The notes beneath the pieces are model-generated. The model worked only from the letters and a program-made list of their open reading frames with translations. It searched no databases and was not told where the DNA came from. A program made the translations under genes and the position numbers. Positions 1-13,110 of a stretch of 64,000 bases of DNA are shown piece by piece; the first letter of the stretch is position 1; the number at the start of each line of letters is the position of its first letter. The DNA comes from Paraspadella gotoi. Its lineage: Eukaryota > Animalia > Chaetognatha. The DNA is taken from positions 13,102,813 through 13,166,812 of the forward strand of contig CM119264.1 of the NCBI GenBank assembly GCA_051294375.1. The letters run 5' to 3'.

Positions 1-737
1 CCAGCAAAACGACGTCGACGAAAATTCGTCTCCCGACTTGAACCGACACTTCCTGTTAGTTGGTAGAATTGGAGTTGTGCTTATTAAATTTAAAGAGATA
101 GAAAGAAAGAAAGAAAAAGAAAAAAGTCCGCGCGAGCGAATTTTTCATATAAATTAAACTTTTAACTTCTATCTTATTTAGTGACGCCTACACTAGTCGT
201 CACATCCCAGCCTCACGTGAAACCACCCTTCTGACATCACAAGCCTCACCTTTTCGTCGAAGAAAATCTTTGGTTCTTTTCTCGCCAAATAATTGGCGTA
301 GAAGTCGACGTCGTCTTCAGCGACGACGACGACGACGACGACGAACGTCATAACGAAAAAAGTAAACAAACTTTGGCGCAGGAGCTTCATTTTTTTGGGG
401 GTTAGTTTAAATTAATTAATGATTTAATGATTAGACGTAATTTCTCTTGATTAAAATTTGAATCAAAGGGTCTTCGACCGATCTCGAGGTTTGAACGAGA
501 AGTAAATTTTTTTTTTGATCTTTAAACTTTGACTGTTCGTCGTCCTCTTGACAGATAAAATCAGAAAAAGAGATGAAAGTTCGTTTTTTTCTTCTTTGAT
601 TTTATCGTTGGTTTTATTTAATGGTACATGAGCCTTTGTTTCTTGTGACTTTTTGGTTTCTTTTTGATTTGAATTTTTTTGGTTGTTGTTGTTTTATTTT
701 GGTTTTTTTTTCGGAACAATTCCCTCGTGTCTCTTGG

Positions 738-770
738 AAAAGTGGACGAAAACTGAATGACCCCTCGGGG

Positions 771-848
<78 letters not shown>
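738..848 (+). repeat. ~33 bp conserved motif followed by (CT)n; inverted copy at 5977-6122
   Basis: AAAAGTGGACGAAAACTGAATGACCCCTCGGG + (CT)n here; (GA)n + CCCGAGGGGTCATTCAGTTTTTGTCCACTTTT at 5977-6122. Confidence 0.7.
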
Positions 849-851
<3 letters not shown>

Positions 852-1214
852 TCTTTGTTTCGCGTTCCTTTCATACTCTCGGCTGTTCTTCCCCCCTGCT
901 GAGGATTACTGGTCATTTTAGCCACGTGACCTTTTCGCTAGTTCGAAACCAAAAAGGAAGTCGGCCAGACGGACTGATTGTTCTTCTTCTTGAGCATCGT
1001 CCAGACAGGGGCTTCAGTATTTTAAATTTAAGGTTTCGTTTCTTTTTTTTATTTCTTCCTTTCTTTTTAGGTTTGAGAGAATCTGTTGTCTTTGATAAGA
1101 AGAACCGTTGTCACTGCAGCTCATCAAGTAAATATTTTTGTAAGGAATATATAGTGAATATGTACATTTTATCAGTTTGTCTACATGTTTTTTCCACGCT
1201 ATTATATATATATA

Positions 1215-1713
1215 TTAAGGCGGGCCAAAATTTTTATCATTAGGAGTTCTGTAATATAAAATTCATTCGTCCATCATATGTGAAGCACAGTATAACATTT
1301 TTTTTTAAATTTTATTTTTTAAAAACGGATTCAGATAGCCCATTAAAAGTTGTCTACACAAAGTATAATGCGTTTTTCAATATATCGATGATAAGGGTAT
1401 AGGGAAAAACCTTTAAAAATCAACATCATCATCATCATACCATAATTTTCACAGTTTTTGCTAATTTTAACCAAAATCATAAAAATTTGGAAATCTTGTA
1501 ATAATTTTTTTTCAAGCTCTACCCGAATCCTTTTTTAAAAATTCTGAATTAAAAAAAAAAATTTCACAATTTATAGTAACACAATAAACTTTAAATTCTC
1601 TGTTATTAACTATACATAAAATCTTAAATTTTTAAAAAAATTTGTTATCCACAGGGATGCTCTAACGTTATTTATATTACAGAACTCTTAGTTTTTACCT
1701 TGTTCCGCCTTAA
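1215..1713. mobile_element. MITE with imperfect TIRs (TTAAGGCGG...CCGCCTTAA) in a TA-rich site
   Basis: Left TTAAGGCGG...GAGTTCTGTAATATAAA matches the reverse complement of right TTTATATTACAGAACTC...CCGCCTTAA. A second, 5'-truncated copy lies at ~11385-11792. Confidence 0.75.
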
Positions 1714-3387
1714 ATATATATATATGTAATTATAATATTATATAATTTTGCAACTTTCATATTTATTTCTATTTGAAGATACAATTATTATACCATCAAC
1801 CATAATACTATGGAGCAAATAGTTACATATGAGTATTCTAAAAGTCAATTAAGAACAACCTTCTACTTCATTAAACCTGGTTTTATTAAAATGCTTTTGT
1901 AAAAAAAAAATTTTAAAATGCTACATAGTGAATTGTATATGTCTTTTGTGTATTTCCTGTGCAGTTTGCCAAATGAGTTTATTACAACTAAAGTGTAGCT
2001 CACTTTATGTAACGGAAGTTCAAACTTCAAAGTAAGATTTGTAAAAACAGATGATCATTGTCTGATCATGATCATGAGTCTAAAAGAGTAAATCCGGTCC
2101 CATCATCTTCTCTTGCCGTTCCTTATTTAGCGATAAGGGTCATCCAAAATTAGCATCCTAAAAAACTCGGTCGAGACGGTTTTGCAGTCATGTGCAAAAA
2201 AAAAACGCGCCACTTTATATTAGCCCTTAAAAATCTCCCTGAATATTTGAATTTTTTAAAGAATTTTAAAAGTAAATTAAATTTTCTATAAGATAATATA
2301 GTTTGGCATAAGTTTTATAAAAATCGAGCTTTCAGTTTAGAAGCAGTGAAGTAAAGTAAAGTAAAGTAAAGCAAAGCAAAACGTAAAGAAATTTGATTCA
2401 ATTATGATTAATCTTCTTTCTTTTAATATTTTATGTTCTTTGTTATAGATTAAAAATGAACAAAAATTCGACCCAGATCCCTAAATAATAATTTCAAGGT
2501 TATTAAAAAATCAGATAAATATTAGGTTAGACTCTCAATATTGCCGCAATATTTGAAAAATGTTTTTAAATAACCGTGAAGACTATCATGTGCCTTGGGC
2601 TTTACTTAGTCTGAAATCATTTTGTAAACATAATTTTATTTTTATATTTGTATTTTTTGAACGAAAATTTTACATAAAAACTCTTTGCCTATTGTGGGCA
2701 TTTTTATAGATTTTTATACAGATAGGCAAATTAATTATTGCCGGAAAGACTGTGGAATTCTGATGCCGAGCTGGAGTAAATTTAATAAATTCCCTGACTA
2801 ATTAGGATTTTAAATTTCTATAGAAAATCTCGTTAAATTAACAAATAAATCAAGATTTATTGACGTGATGTACACAGTACATAAATAATAATCTTTGAGA
2901 TTTCTCAAAGTAAACGAAATTTCATCAAAATTATTTACAATAAAACCGAATAACAATTCGCTTGAACGAAACGTTCGAATAAACTGGTAAACAACAAATA
3001 ATGATTTTTAACTTTAAATACACTAAACCAACAATTTTTTCGCGTATCAGTTCAAAACAAATGTATACCTCGATTACACACTGAATAAAATAATAACTGA
3101 ACATAATTGAACATCCAAGCTGGAGACAAGACAATAACAGATAATAACATTATCACGTATCACGTTTGAATGAGAGAGACTTTGAGAAAAAGTAATCGAG
3201 ATAGGATAAAAGAAAGAAAAGTAAAGAAAAACGTAAAAGAAGAGAAAAAAAAAAAGGAATGAGCGGGGGAGGGATTATTTTAAAACACGATGGAGTTTAA
3301 CACGGTGGAATAAATCGTCCTTCCGCCGAAACGATTCGAAGGCAGAAAAGAGTTTGACGAATCATTGCGCCTTCAAAAACATCATAA

Positions 3388-4536
3388 TCACCACCGCGCC
3401 AAAGCCATCGTCAACGCCGCAATTACGATCAACGTCGTCGCTGTCGTCGCCCGAGCCGTCGCCGCCGATGACGACGAATCGACGCCGTCCGTCCTTCGCA
3501 AGGGAGTCAAGTAATCGATGAGGTAAGCGTCCTCTTCTCGAGACGAGAAAGAGGGAATGCGATTGGAGAGTCCGACGTCTTCGTCGTCGTCTTCGCGGGC
3601 GTGGGCGCGGAAAGGTTTGAGCAACTCTTCCTCGATCATTTCGTCGACGCCGTCTCCGCGACGTGGGAGGACGTTCTTGCGGAAGAACTCGTCCTCGATG
3701 TCGTTGGAGTCGCGATGACGCTGCTCCTGCTCTTGCTGGTGTCGCTCGAGCTGCTGCTGTACTTGCCGCGGCCGGCTCGGACCTTCCTCCAGCGTTTCCT
3801 CCGGGCGGCATCCCTTGCAGGCGACGCGTAGCACCATCTTCATGTTCATGCTGCGGCAGAGTCCACCGACGGCGTCATTCAGCCCGGATTCGAACCCCGA
3901 AGAGGGCGTCATCACGTAATAGTCCCGTCCGGGCTGAAACTCGAATCCGAAAGGGTGCGGGGAGAAGGGAGTGACGAGCAGGGAGAAGACGTTAGAAACG
4001 CGAGGGGAGGCGCAGGAGAAGATCCACCGGAAGGAGGCTGGGCGATCGACGTTTAAGCGGCACGAGGTGTATTGATCACGGGTGACCAGGTAGAGGGCGT
4101 GGTACTCCGGGTAGGCGGCCGGGTCGGAGACGTTGTAGACGGGGCAGTTGAGGTTGATCTTGTCGCCCACCTTTGGGAGAGGAAGATAAGAATGGTATGT
4201 GTATTAAGAAAATTAAGAAATGTCTAATTTAGGTTTTAATTGTTTAATAAACGTAAAGTCAAGAATATCTAGACTACATTACAGTGAAATAATGTAAATG
4301 AAACCCATATTTACCTCGACGTCAACGACGTGATCCGTGTTACTGCGATCGAACATCGGGTTGGAAATATTCCAGTTAATCTCGTGAGTGACACGACGAC
4401 CGGCGCCGATGAAGGGGCGTGCCGAGACCGGCGTCGGAACCAACGACGCCGCGAGAAGAAAGGCGAAGAGAGCCGCGCTGAGATGGAACAAGGCGTTGCC
4501 TGGGGAAACGGCGTTGAATTCCGTCGAGGGCGCCAT
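3388..4536 (-). CDS. Efn: Ephrin (Eph receptor ligand), GPI-anchored/ephrin-A-like architecture, 2 exons
   Basis: Exon 1 4536-4315 (MAPSTEF..., hydrophobic signal peptide LFHLSAALFAFLLAASLV, then HEINWNISNPMFDRSNTDHVVDVE) ends at GAG|GTAAAT. Exon 2 4170-3388 follows ...CCCAAAG| in phase 0 (VGDKINLNCPVY...YLVTRDQYTSC...FSPHPFGFEFQPGRDYYV...GGLCRSMNMKM). These are ephrin receptor-binding-domain motifs. The protein ends in a hydrophobic tail (TLIVIAALTMALARW*) with no cytoplasmic domain. Confidence 0.95.
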
Positions 4537-4906
4537 TGCTTTTGTTTTTTTGGGGAGGGTTTTTAATTTTTTCAAGTTGTGCCGAGATTTTCTTCGGAGA
4601 AAACTGGGCGGAGATCGAGAGTGAAGTCAAGGTTTTTGTAATCGTTGATTCACCAGAAACACGAACCGAGTTACTTGAGGTAAGTCGCTGAGAATCACTG
4701 AGAATCGGAGGAGCGATGGAGAGTAAGTAAAAAATGCTTGGCGAATAATTTCGAGAGGTTTATTAGGGTGTGAGAGATAGGCGGAAAAGAGAGAGAGCGA
4801 GAGGGTACGATAAAAAGTGAGATAGATTGTGAGTGCAAAGAATGATCCTCGGCGAGGCGAAGGCCGAACTTTTATGGCCGACGATCGAACGAAGAGCGGC
4901 AAAGTA

Positions 4907-4946
<40 letters not shown>

Positions 4947-5973
4947 CCTCTCTCTTTCTCATGATTTCGGGTCGTCACCTGTCCGTCGCCTACTTCTCCT
5001 ATTCCTCTTCCTCCTCTTCCTCCTCCTCCTACAACCGGGTCAAACGGAGATGAAGAAGAGGATTGGGGGGGGGCGGGCAGGTCAGGGCGACGAGGGTCCC
5101 TCGTTGATTATAGGGAAAAAATGCCGTCGCGACTGGAGTCGTCGTCGACGATGTCGGTAACCGAGTCGGCGGCCGATATATCGGCGGGTTTCTCCGGTCG
5201 CTCTCCGGAAAACGCTTATCGTTTATCAAACAGGTTTTATCGCTTGTGTTTTATCATCGTTTCGTCCGTTTCGTCCGAACGACTTTTACGGAGGAAGAAA
5301 ATATGAGACTAACTACGACGACAGTGCGGAGGATTAGGGAAGGGTGATCCTAATGGGGATCCGGAGGGTGATCCGGCAGGGCGGGTGTTCTCGAGGGTTC
5401 CATTGCCGCTAAAGAATTTGTTTGACTATTTTGATGGAAATATAATTGATATAATTATAGATTCGATAATGATTGGATACATTAAACAGTTAATCATATA
5501 GCCGAGTGTTTATTTGCCTTTCTATCATACGAAGCTGAAAAACAAAACAAAAACAAAAAATCGACGAGGCTAACTGATGGTGAAAATATTTGGCGAAGGA
5601 GCAACAAACTAGTTCCTTCAAGATTGAAAAAAAAAATGTCTTTCTTTCTTTCTTACTTTTTTCAAAAAAAAAAACATTATTATAAAAAACCAAAGTGTAT
5701 AAATCACCGAATATTCTACCTGCGGAAGCTAAAAGAAAAACATAACTGACAACAAAGAGAATGATGAACTCGTTAAAAATATTTTCGATTCGCCGTGAAA
5801 TTACGGGCTTCAAATCACCGACGAGGGTGATCTTGAAAATTTCGCACGAATTCTAATGAGGATTATCGTTATTGTCGTCGTCGTCGTCGTCGTCGATCCA
5901 GGACACTCGTTGTCGTGAACGGTTTCGATCGCCCCTCGTTATCGAATTTTGACCATGGGAGCGATCGGGGAGT

Positions 5974-6122
<149 letters not shown>

Positions 6123-7139
6123 TAAAGGCATTAAAGGAAAAGAAAAGTAAATGTGATTGGGACCAAAAAACCGTTATATTTCTTGATTTTGTTTTGCTCT
6201 GTCTTGAAAGTATTGGTTTCATATCTCACAAGATAACAGGAAAGGTATCTCAGAGACTACAGCTATTATACAATTGTCCTTGTTTACAACAACGATTTTA
6301 TTGGTACATATCGTTGTTGTAAACAAATTCAAACTTCTTCTACTAATTCAAACACAACGAAACGAAAGGAAATTCGCGATACAATTGTCCTAAAAAATTC
6401 AAATTTAACTGTTCAGATTTTAGAAATCGATTCGCTCTAAATTATTAGGCGCACAAAAGATAATTTTTAATAAAAGAAGATTTACCTTTACTTTAATAAC
6501 GATAATGTTTAAGGTAAAGTTGTTAATTAACATAACCCAACCAAAAAGAAAGAAGCAATAAACAAGATAATTTTTTTAAAAGTGGGTAAATGTACGGGAG
6601 TATTTATATTTTTTCGTATTCTCCTCGCGCACTGTTCTATCTTTCAGAACTTTTACCTTGACTCAAGGCTGGGAGTTCTCTTGTCCTTGACCCTATAGGT
6701 ACTTGAAAACAAACAAAAGCAGGTTCCCAACACGTTTTCGGTTTAGCATTCCGTCTCTCTCTCTCTCTTGTCTCTCTCTCCGTTCTGTCTGGCGCCTCGA
6801 CTCAGCGTCTTATCTTCGGTTTGATCTTTTGTATCTCTGTCTCCCGATTTTTTTATTGACTGCCCCATATTTGAGGAAAATCCTTCATTTCGTGGTCGGG
6901 TCAGTGGAGACTTGTGGCGCCAGCGGGATTCGTAAAGATAGTTAAAAAAAAAGTGAGCGCGTCCTGACCGCTTTATAAAATCAAACTAATAAATAATATT
7001 TTTTATCACTAATCTCATTATTATACCGTGCTCTTCTGAGTATAGTGTTTTTTTCGTAAAAAATATCTTAAAATAAGAGGAAAAAGAGAAAGACCAATCG
7101 CTTGCTTGTTTAAGAACATTATGGTTTAATTAACTGTTT

Positions 7140-7465
7140 AATTAATGCTTTGTATAAACTGTCTGAAGAAGTACTTAGGAAATTGTTTTATACGAATTGT
7201 GTCCCTATTCTACTATATGGCTGTAAAATAAAATCTTTTTTAGCCCACGACATGAACAAAATTAATGTTGCTATTAATGATGGTATCAGAAAAATATTTG
7301 GATTCAACCGATGGGAAAGCATTAGAGAGCTACGGAGATTATTTGGTTACTGTGACATTATTACCATGTTTATTGTTTAACCAACGTAGAAAGAATTTTA
7401 TTTTCAAGATCTACTGTAGAAAAATTTATTTCTCAAAAGAATAGTCGCATTCCTTAATGATTGAA
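7140..7465 (+). mobile_element. 5'-truncated non-LTR retrotransposon (LINE) relic, region downstream of the RT domain
   Basis: Translation LRKLFYTNCVPILLYGCKI...KINVAINDGIRKIFGFNRWESIRELR matches the PxLxYGxE...RKIxGxxxxES pattern of LINE ORF2 C-termini. Ends in stops. Confidence 0.65.
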
Positions 7466-7558
7466 ATATTTTAATCAATAACTTTAACCTTGTATTGTCT
7501 ATAGTGGTAGTTTTCTTGCAATATTTAACTTTGTTTTGTCTTTAGTCTAAGCTTTGTA

Positions 7559-8502
7559 CATGGTGACAATTTTACAAGCGCCGGTAGAAATACGCTGTCA
7601 TTTGCAAACCAGTGGTTATTTCATTGATTTTAAAAATTATTTGAGTAGAACATATTAAAGTCATTTATGTGTTTAAATTTTATATTGATCAGTTAAGATA
7701 TGCCTTGGCAATGAGTGGAGAAAGTTGGCTTGTAAAATCGGGTTTCATTTTCCAACTCACTGTTTTTAAATTCAATTTTTTTTCAACTTTTAGCTCTTTT
7801 TTAAACAAAATATATATTAAGATATTAACAATATTAATATCCTCAGAAAGCCCTTAAAAAATGAAAAGAATGATATACTTACGAAAGCTCTAACATAAAA
7901 ATTAAGCTGCCCAGCCTTGGTTCAATTAAGAGAGTCAAAAGTTAATTATCTAAAATTTAAAATCTTTTTTTAAAATATATGACCTGATTAAATTATTATA
8001 ATATAAAATATTATTATTTATATAAGTATCATGAAAGAGCCTGAAAAAGGAGATTTCAGATAGCCAATCACAATTTGATAAAAATCTTAAATTTGCTTTC
8101 CAGCTATTGATTTTTAGAAAGATGTTTTGTTTTTGAGTATTCTAATTAAATTAAAGCTGGGCCGGTTAAATTTTATACTACAGAATTTGCAAGCATGTCA
8201 TTCTCTTTAGATTTGAAAGGGCTTTCAGAAGATAATAATATTAATATTATTTTATTTTAAATTTCTTCAAAACACTTACTAAAAATAAGAAAAAAAAATT
8301 GAATCTAAAAAAGTGAGTTAGAAAATGAAACCCGATTTTACAAGCCAACTTTCTCCACTCATTGCCAAGGCATATCTTAACTGATCAATATAAAATTTGA
8401 CTTTAATATGTTCTACTCAACTAATTTTTAAAATCAATAAAATAACCACTGGTTTGCAAATGACAGCGTATTTCTACCGGCGCTTGTAAAATTGTCACCA
8501 TG
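7559..8502. mobile_element. Long-TIR MITE / foldback element, Tc1/mariner-like (TA target duplication)
   Basis: TA|CATGGTGACAATTTTACAAGCGCCGGTAGAAATACGCTG... at 7559 and its near-exact reverse complement ending ...GTCACCATG|TA at 8502. About 200 bp of near-perfect TIR, with degenerate inverted similarity continuing inward. No ORF. Confidence 0.9.
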
Positions 8503-9939
8503 TATGTACTGAATCAACCTTGTTGAATTCGAAATAAAACGCATATAATAACCATTGACCAACGACCAATGACCGAGAGATCGAATAAACAGTATTTGTT
8601 TGCGTTCATATTCATAAACGTTTTTCAAGATTTGAATTGTTGCGAAAGTGCGAAAGTTTTTTTTTGAAGACCGTTCAAAACTTTTGCTGGTGGATGTATA
8701 ATGTTCAATTGTGCATTGTAGAAAAAAAAAAAAAAAACTGATGAAATTTATCTAATACATACGTACATGCTGTTTTCAAAGTAAGCCCAATATGCATTTA
8801 AAAAGGATTGATGTCTCCCTTTTAAAAACATTCAAATATGTAAATTTCGACCGAATCTCGAAAAAAATCCCAACTGGTCGAATACCCGCTTTCCTTAGAT
8901 GGCACCTAGCTCCTTATCTTTCTTCCGGTGACGACCAACAGGGAATGACTGCTCGAATCGAACCGGGGTTATTATCTGCAGGGGGTGGAGCCTAACTTTT
9001 CCGGATCCCGGTTTTTTTTCGGAAAGGGGAGAATTTTTTGTCCCGAATCGTTGGGGGCGTTTTCAGGTCTCCGATCTCGAGTGAGTCTTTTGTTCGAGTT
9101 CTGAGCGCCTCTTTCGTTCCATTCGTCGATCGTCGCCATCGAGGCAGTGGCCATCGTCGTTAGGGCGCCGGAGAAACTAAATGCGGGGATCAACCTGTGG
9201 TCGCGTCCCCGACAATGACCCATTGTCCTATTTCGCTGCCTTTATTTTGGCCGTCTCTTAATTGTAACTTTCGTAGCCCGTCGTCGTCACTTTCTTCTTT
9301 TTATTTTTTCGTTGGCGTCGTCGTCTTTTTTTTTGTTCTTGTTATTGTCGTCGTCGTCGTCGTTGTCGTCGTCGTCGTTGTTGTCGTCGTCGTTGTTGTC
9401 GTCCTCGTATTGGCTCCGTTCTCGTTTTTGTCGAAATCCCTGTTGTTGCCGCCATTTGTGCTTAATGAGGCGCCTACGCTTCCAGACAAAATAAAACTTT
9501 TTTAATTTGCAAATTGTTGAATAAAAATTTATTAGGTGAAACAATTTATAAAATTTAAAAAAATTTCTTTATTGTTTTAATAAAACATTTATGACGTCAG
9601 TCAACTTAGTGTACTCTTTTTCCTTTGATGACATGCGAATACAAATCGCCAATTCCGTTCATTGTCATGATAATGTACTTAGCTTAGTTAATATATTTTA
9701 TATACTAAAACGTCCTCCATACTATGCCTCTCTATCGAAATGTTAAAAAAAAAATATAGAATTTTTTTCTTTAATAAAAAACCATTCAATTACTAAATCT
9801 CCTAGTTTTTTATTCATATGCTTATTAAACATTGCAAAATTACTTGTTTTACTATATTAGACTTGATTAGACTATAAAAGTTTTGTAGTCGGGCATTGCC
9901 TAGGTTCACCCCGCCTATAAGCATGACACCTTCAGTCCT

Positions 9940-10172
9940 GACCCGGTGGCTCATTGAGTAAAGCCATCAGCTCATGACCACTAGGTACCGGGTTCAATCC
10001 CAACCCGGTACCTACCCTGTGGGAAGCGTGAGGACGGCCGTAAGCCGCCTTGGGGGCGTGGCAACCCCTCAAGCCTGGTTCCAAGCCCAGGACCCGTTCC
10101 ATGGCTACTAAAGGGGGTTATAGAAGTTACGGATAGTCATCTTCAGCCCACTTAGCGCCTTATCCACAGTTT
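9940..10172 (+). mobile_element. tRNA-derived SINE
   Basis: tRNA-like head 9940-10011 with A box (GTGGCTCATTGAGT) and B box (GGTTCAATCC), followed by a GC-rich non-tRNA body in AT-rich flanks. The acceptor stem is imperfect, so this is not a functional tRNA. Confidence 0.65.
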
Positions 10173-10639
10173 AATATATTTTATTCATGTAAGTAGTAAA
10201 TTTAACTATTATTAGATTTATTTCATACGTGTTTAACTAAAAAAAGTTTGATGTAGGGCAACCATATCTATTATGACAGATAGTAATCTAACCTTGTGTT
10301 GTATAGATGCTCCCTCTATTTCCAGAAGACAACACTGACTTCCCCTTCCCAAATTGAATTATTAGATAAATAAAACATTTTTAAGAAAGAAAGCAATATA
10401 TATTTGAATAAATAATAAGATTAAATACTAAATCCTTCATAAAATATAAAAATAGAAAATAGTGAAACAAGTAATTTGCAAATTTTCATAACCACAATCG
10501 CCTCTCGTTCGAGAAACTCCTTATGAAATATCGAGGAGCCTTTTGTTTCACCAAAAAACTCGTCTCGGCGTTACTAGTGACGAAATAAGTCTTTAGTGGA
10601 ACTTGTATAACAAAAAGCAAACAACAATTTTTAAAAGTA

Positions 10640-10973
10640 TTTGAAGATAATAAAGTGTAGTATGTTTTAGACAGTCGTTTTATCGGACACGAAGAGGGGC
10701 CCCTGGATTTGAACTCGAAACGATCAGGCTTGGGTGCCCTTTTGGTTAGTGATCTATTTCGAACAGTTGAAAAGGTAAGAGAAAACGGAAAAAAAGCAAT
10801 TTTTTCTTTATTTTAGAATAAGCATTTTTTGTAAATTGTTTTTATTCACAGAAAAAAACATTATTAACTTTTTTAATTTTTCTCCTCATGAAAAGAAATC
10901 TGTAATTAGCAGATTAATTAGCAGATTAATTAGCAGATCGTGCAAGTAAAAAGAAAGAGAGAGAGAGAGAGAG

Positions 10974-11000
<27 letters not shown>
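10640..11000 (-). repeat. Dispersed (CT)n-associated repeat family; other copies at ~41000-41278 and 42670-42826 + 45721-46100
   Basis: Reverse complement shares TTTACTTGCACGATCTGCTAATTA, CAACTGTTCGAAATAG, CAAGCCTGATCGTTTCG..GTTCAAATC, GGCCCCTCTTCGTGTCCGAT and TACTACACTTTATTATCTT with those copies. Confidence 0.75.
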
Positions 11001-11048
<48 letters not shown>

Positions 11049-11162
11049 GAAAGTTAATCAAAATGGCAACTGAAGAAAGAAAAATGGAAAAGAAAAAACG
11101 AGAATATTGACGTCGAAAAGAAAATGAAGATTCGGAAGAAGACACTTGGGTGAAGTTTTTTC

Positions 11163-11238
<76 letters not shown>

Positions 11239-11384
11239 TTCATAAAAAAAGAACTCGCTGAATTTTTTTTGTCTGCAACATTAGGTTGGATTGCAGATAG
11301 TTTCTCATAGAGCAGAATTGAAAATGGAAAATGATTTAGAGATTTAGGAAGGCACGGAAGGCATGCATATTGCATAAGCTATGA

Positions 11385-11792
11385 AAAAAAAAAATTATAT
11401 CTTATTTTTATAACGGATTCAGAAAGCCCAAAAAAAGTTATCTACTCAAAGTATAATGCGTTTTTCATTATTTCGATGACAAGGGAAAAACCCTTAAAAA
11501 TCATCATCATCATTATCATACTAGAATTTTTATACTTTTTGATAATTTTAACCATAAAACAAAACAAAAATTAGAAATCTTGTAAAAATATTTTTTATTT
11601 ATTTTTTCAAGCTCTACCGATTCCGTTTTTAAAAATTCTGTAATTTGAAAAAAATTTTTTCATGATTTATAGTAATACGATAACTTTAAATGCTTCTCGG
11701 TTATTAACTATTCATAAAATCGTTAACCCACAAAGATTCTCTAACGTTATTTATATTACAGAACTTTTAGTTTTTACCTTGTTCCGCCTTAC
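11385..11792. mobile_element. Second (5'-truncated) copy of the 1215-1713 MITE family
   Basis: Collinear similarity to ~1300-1712 (AACGGATTCAGA..., AAAGTATAATGCGTTTTTCA, CAAGCTCTACC, CTCTAACGTTATTTATATTACAGAAC...TTGTTCCGCCTTA). Confidence 0.8.
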
Positions 11793-12033
11793 TCTCTAAG
11801 TCAAAGTCCTCGGTGACTCGCACGAGTTTCGCTCCTACAATTCAAGCTATTTTTTTTTAAACTTAATCATACTGAATAATATTGCGTGTGGATAAATTTC
11901 TTCTGTTACACACTTTTTTTCCGTTTCGACATTTTAAAATTTGAAAAAATAGAACAAAAATAATAAGTGAGCTTGGAAGGGAAAATGGGTAGAGAGGGGA
12001 GAGTGAGAGACAGAGCCAGAGCCAAGGAAAGAA

Positions 12034-12144
<111 letters not shown>

Positions 12145-12487
12145 TGGCGCGGGATTTGATCCGTGTGTTTTTTCGAGTGGAATCATTTGGAAGGCCACTC
12201 GGCCAAGTGATATGGGAGCGAGGATATTGGATGGAAGGGAGAATGGGGAGAAGGGGGGGACGATGGAATTTAAAGATCAAACTGAAGAATCGGATTTGAT
12301 ATGAGATGGAGTTGAGACTCGTGACAAGAAAAAAGATATTGCGAAAATCGTGCAATAACAAACAACACGCATCGCCGACCAAAAATTACGAAAAATACGA
12401 AAAGTAGAGTAATTAATTTTGCCGTTATTTCAAAGTGAAGCAGTCTTTTCACGTTACTTCCTTTTCGGCCTTTTCGGTTCACAAGCC

Positions 12488-13110
12488 TTTTTAGTTACGC
12501 TGCGAGTACTCGTCGGTATGTAAGTCCGTCGGTCTGTCCCACTTAAGTTAAAAATGTATATAATTTGCCTATACTAGTTGGTTGCTCATTTGTTAAGACA
12601 GAAAAAAACTCAAATCTAAGGCCCTCGCTTAGCTTTTTTCACGAAATGTTTAGCGTTTGTACTTAGTAAATTTTTATTCATTTTTTATTATGAGTTTAAT
12701 CACGAGATAGGCCCTAACGGAACCCCCTCGGGCTGGAGCGTGACGGCAAAATGTGTGACATTTAAATCGAAACTCTCCAGACTGTCACCGAAAACATCAC
12801 GAAAACTGAAAAATTATAAGTAGATTTTAGATAACCGGACTCTGCAAGTCAGTAGTCACCGCGTGACAAAACGTGACAGAATCGTGACGGCGATGAATCG
12901 ACGACACCCCGTCGCTAAAAATTCCAGAAAATACCTCATCCGTTGAAAAAATTGACTGAACAATGTTCAGTGAACATGTATATTGATTTTATATTAAAAA
13001 ACAAGAACGTTAATTCCAATGTGTTGCGCCACAGTGACTTTGTGTCTCTTAGATTTGAGGTTTTTTCTGTCTTAACAAATGAGCAACCAACTAGTATAGG
13101 CAAATTATAT
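12488..13110. mobile_element. Short HINE-like element split by an inversion (5' half forward 12488-12620, 3' half reversed 12999-13110)
   Basis: The two halves match the family at 22823 and 47334 in opposite orientations. A ~63 bp segment is present in both (12558-12620 and reverse complement 13048-13110). Confidence 0.7.

Noticed and set aside
614-925. ER/SL dipeptide-repeat ORFs here and throughout the window
   Set aside because: Translations of (AG/CT)n microsatellites.
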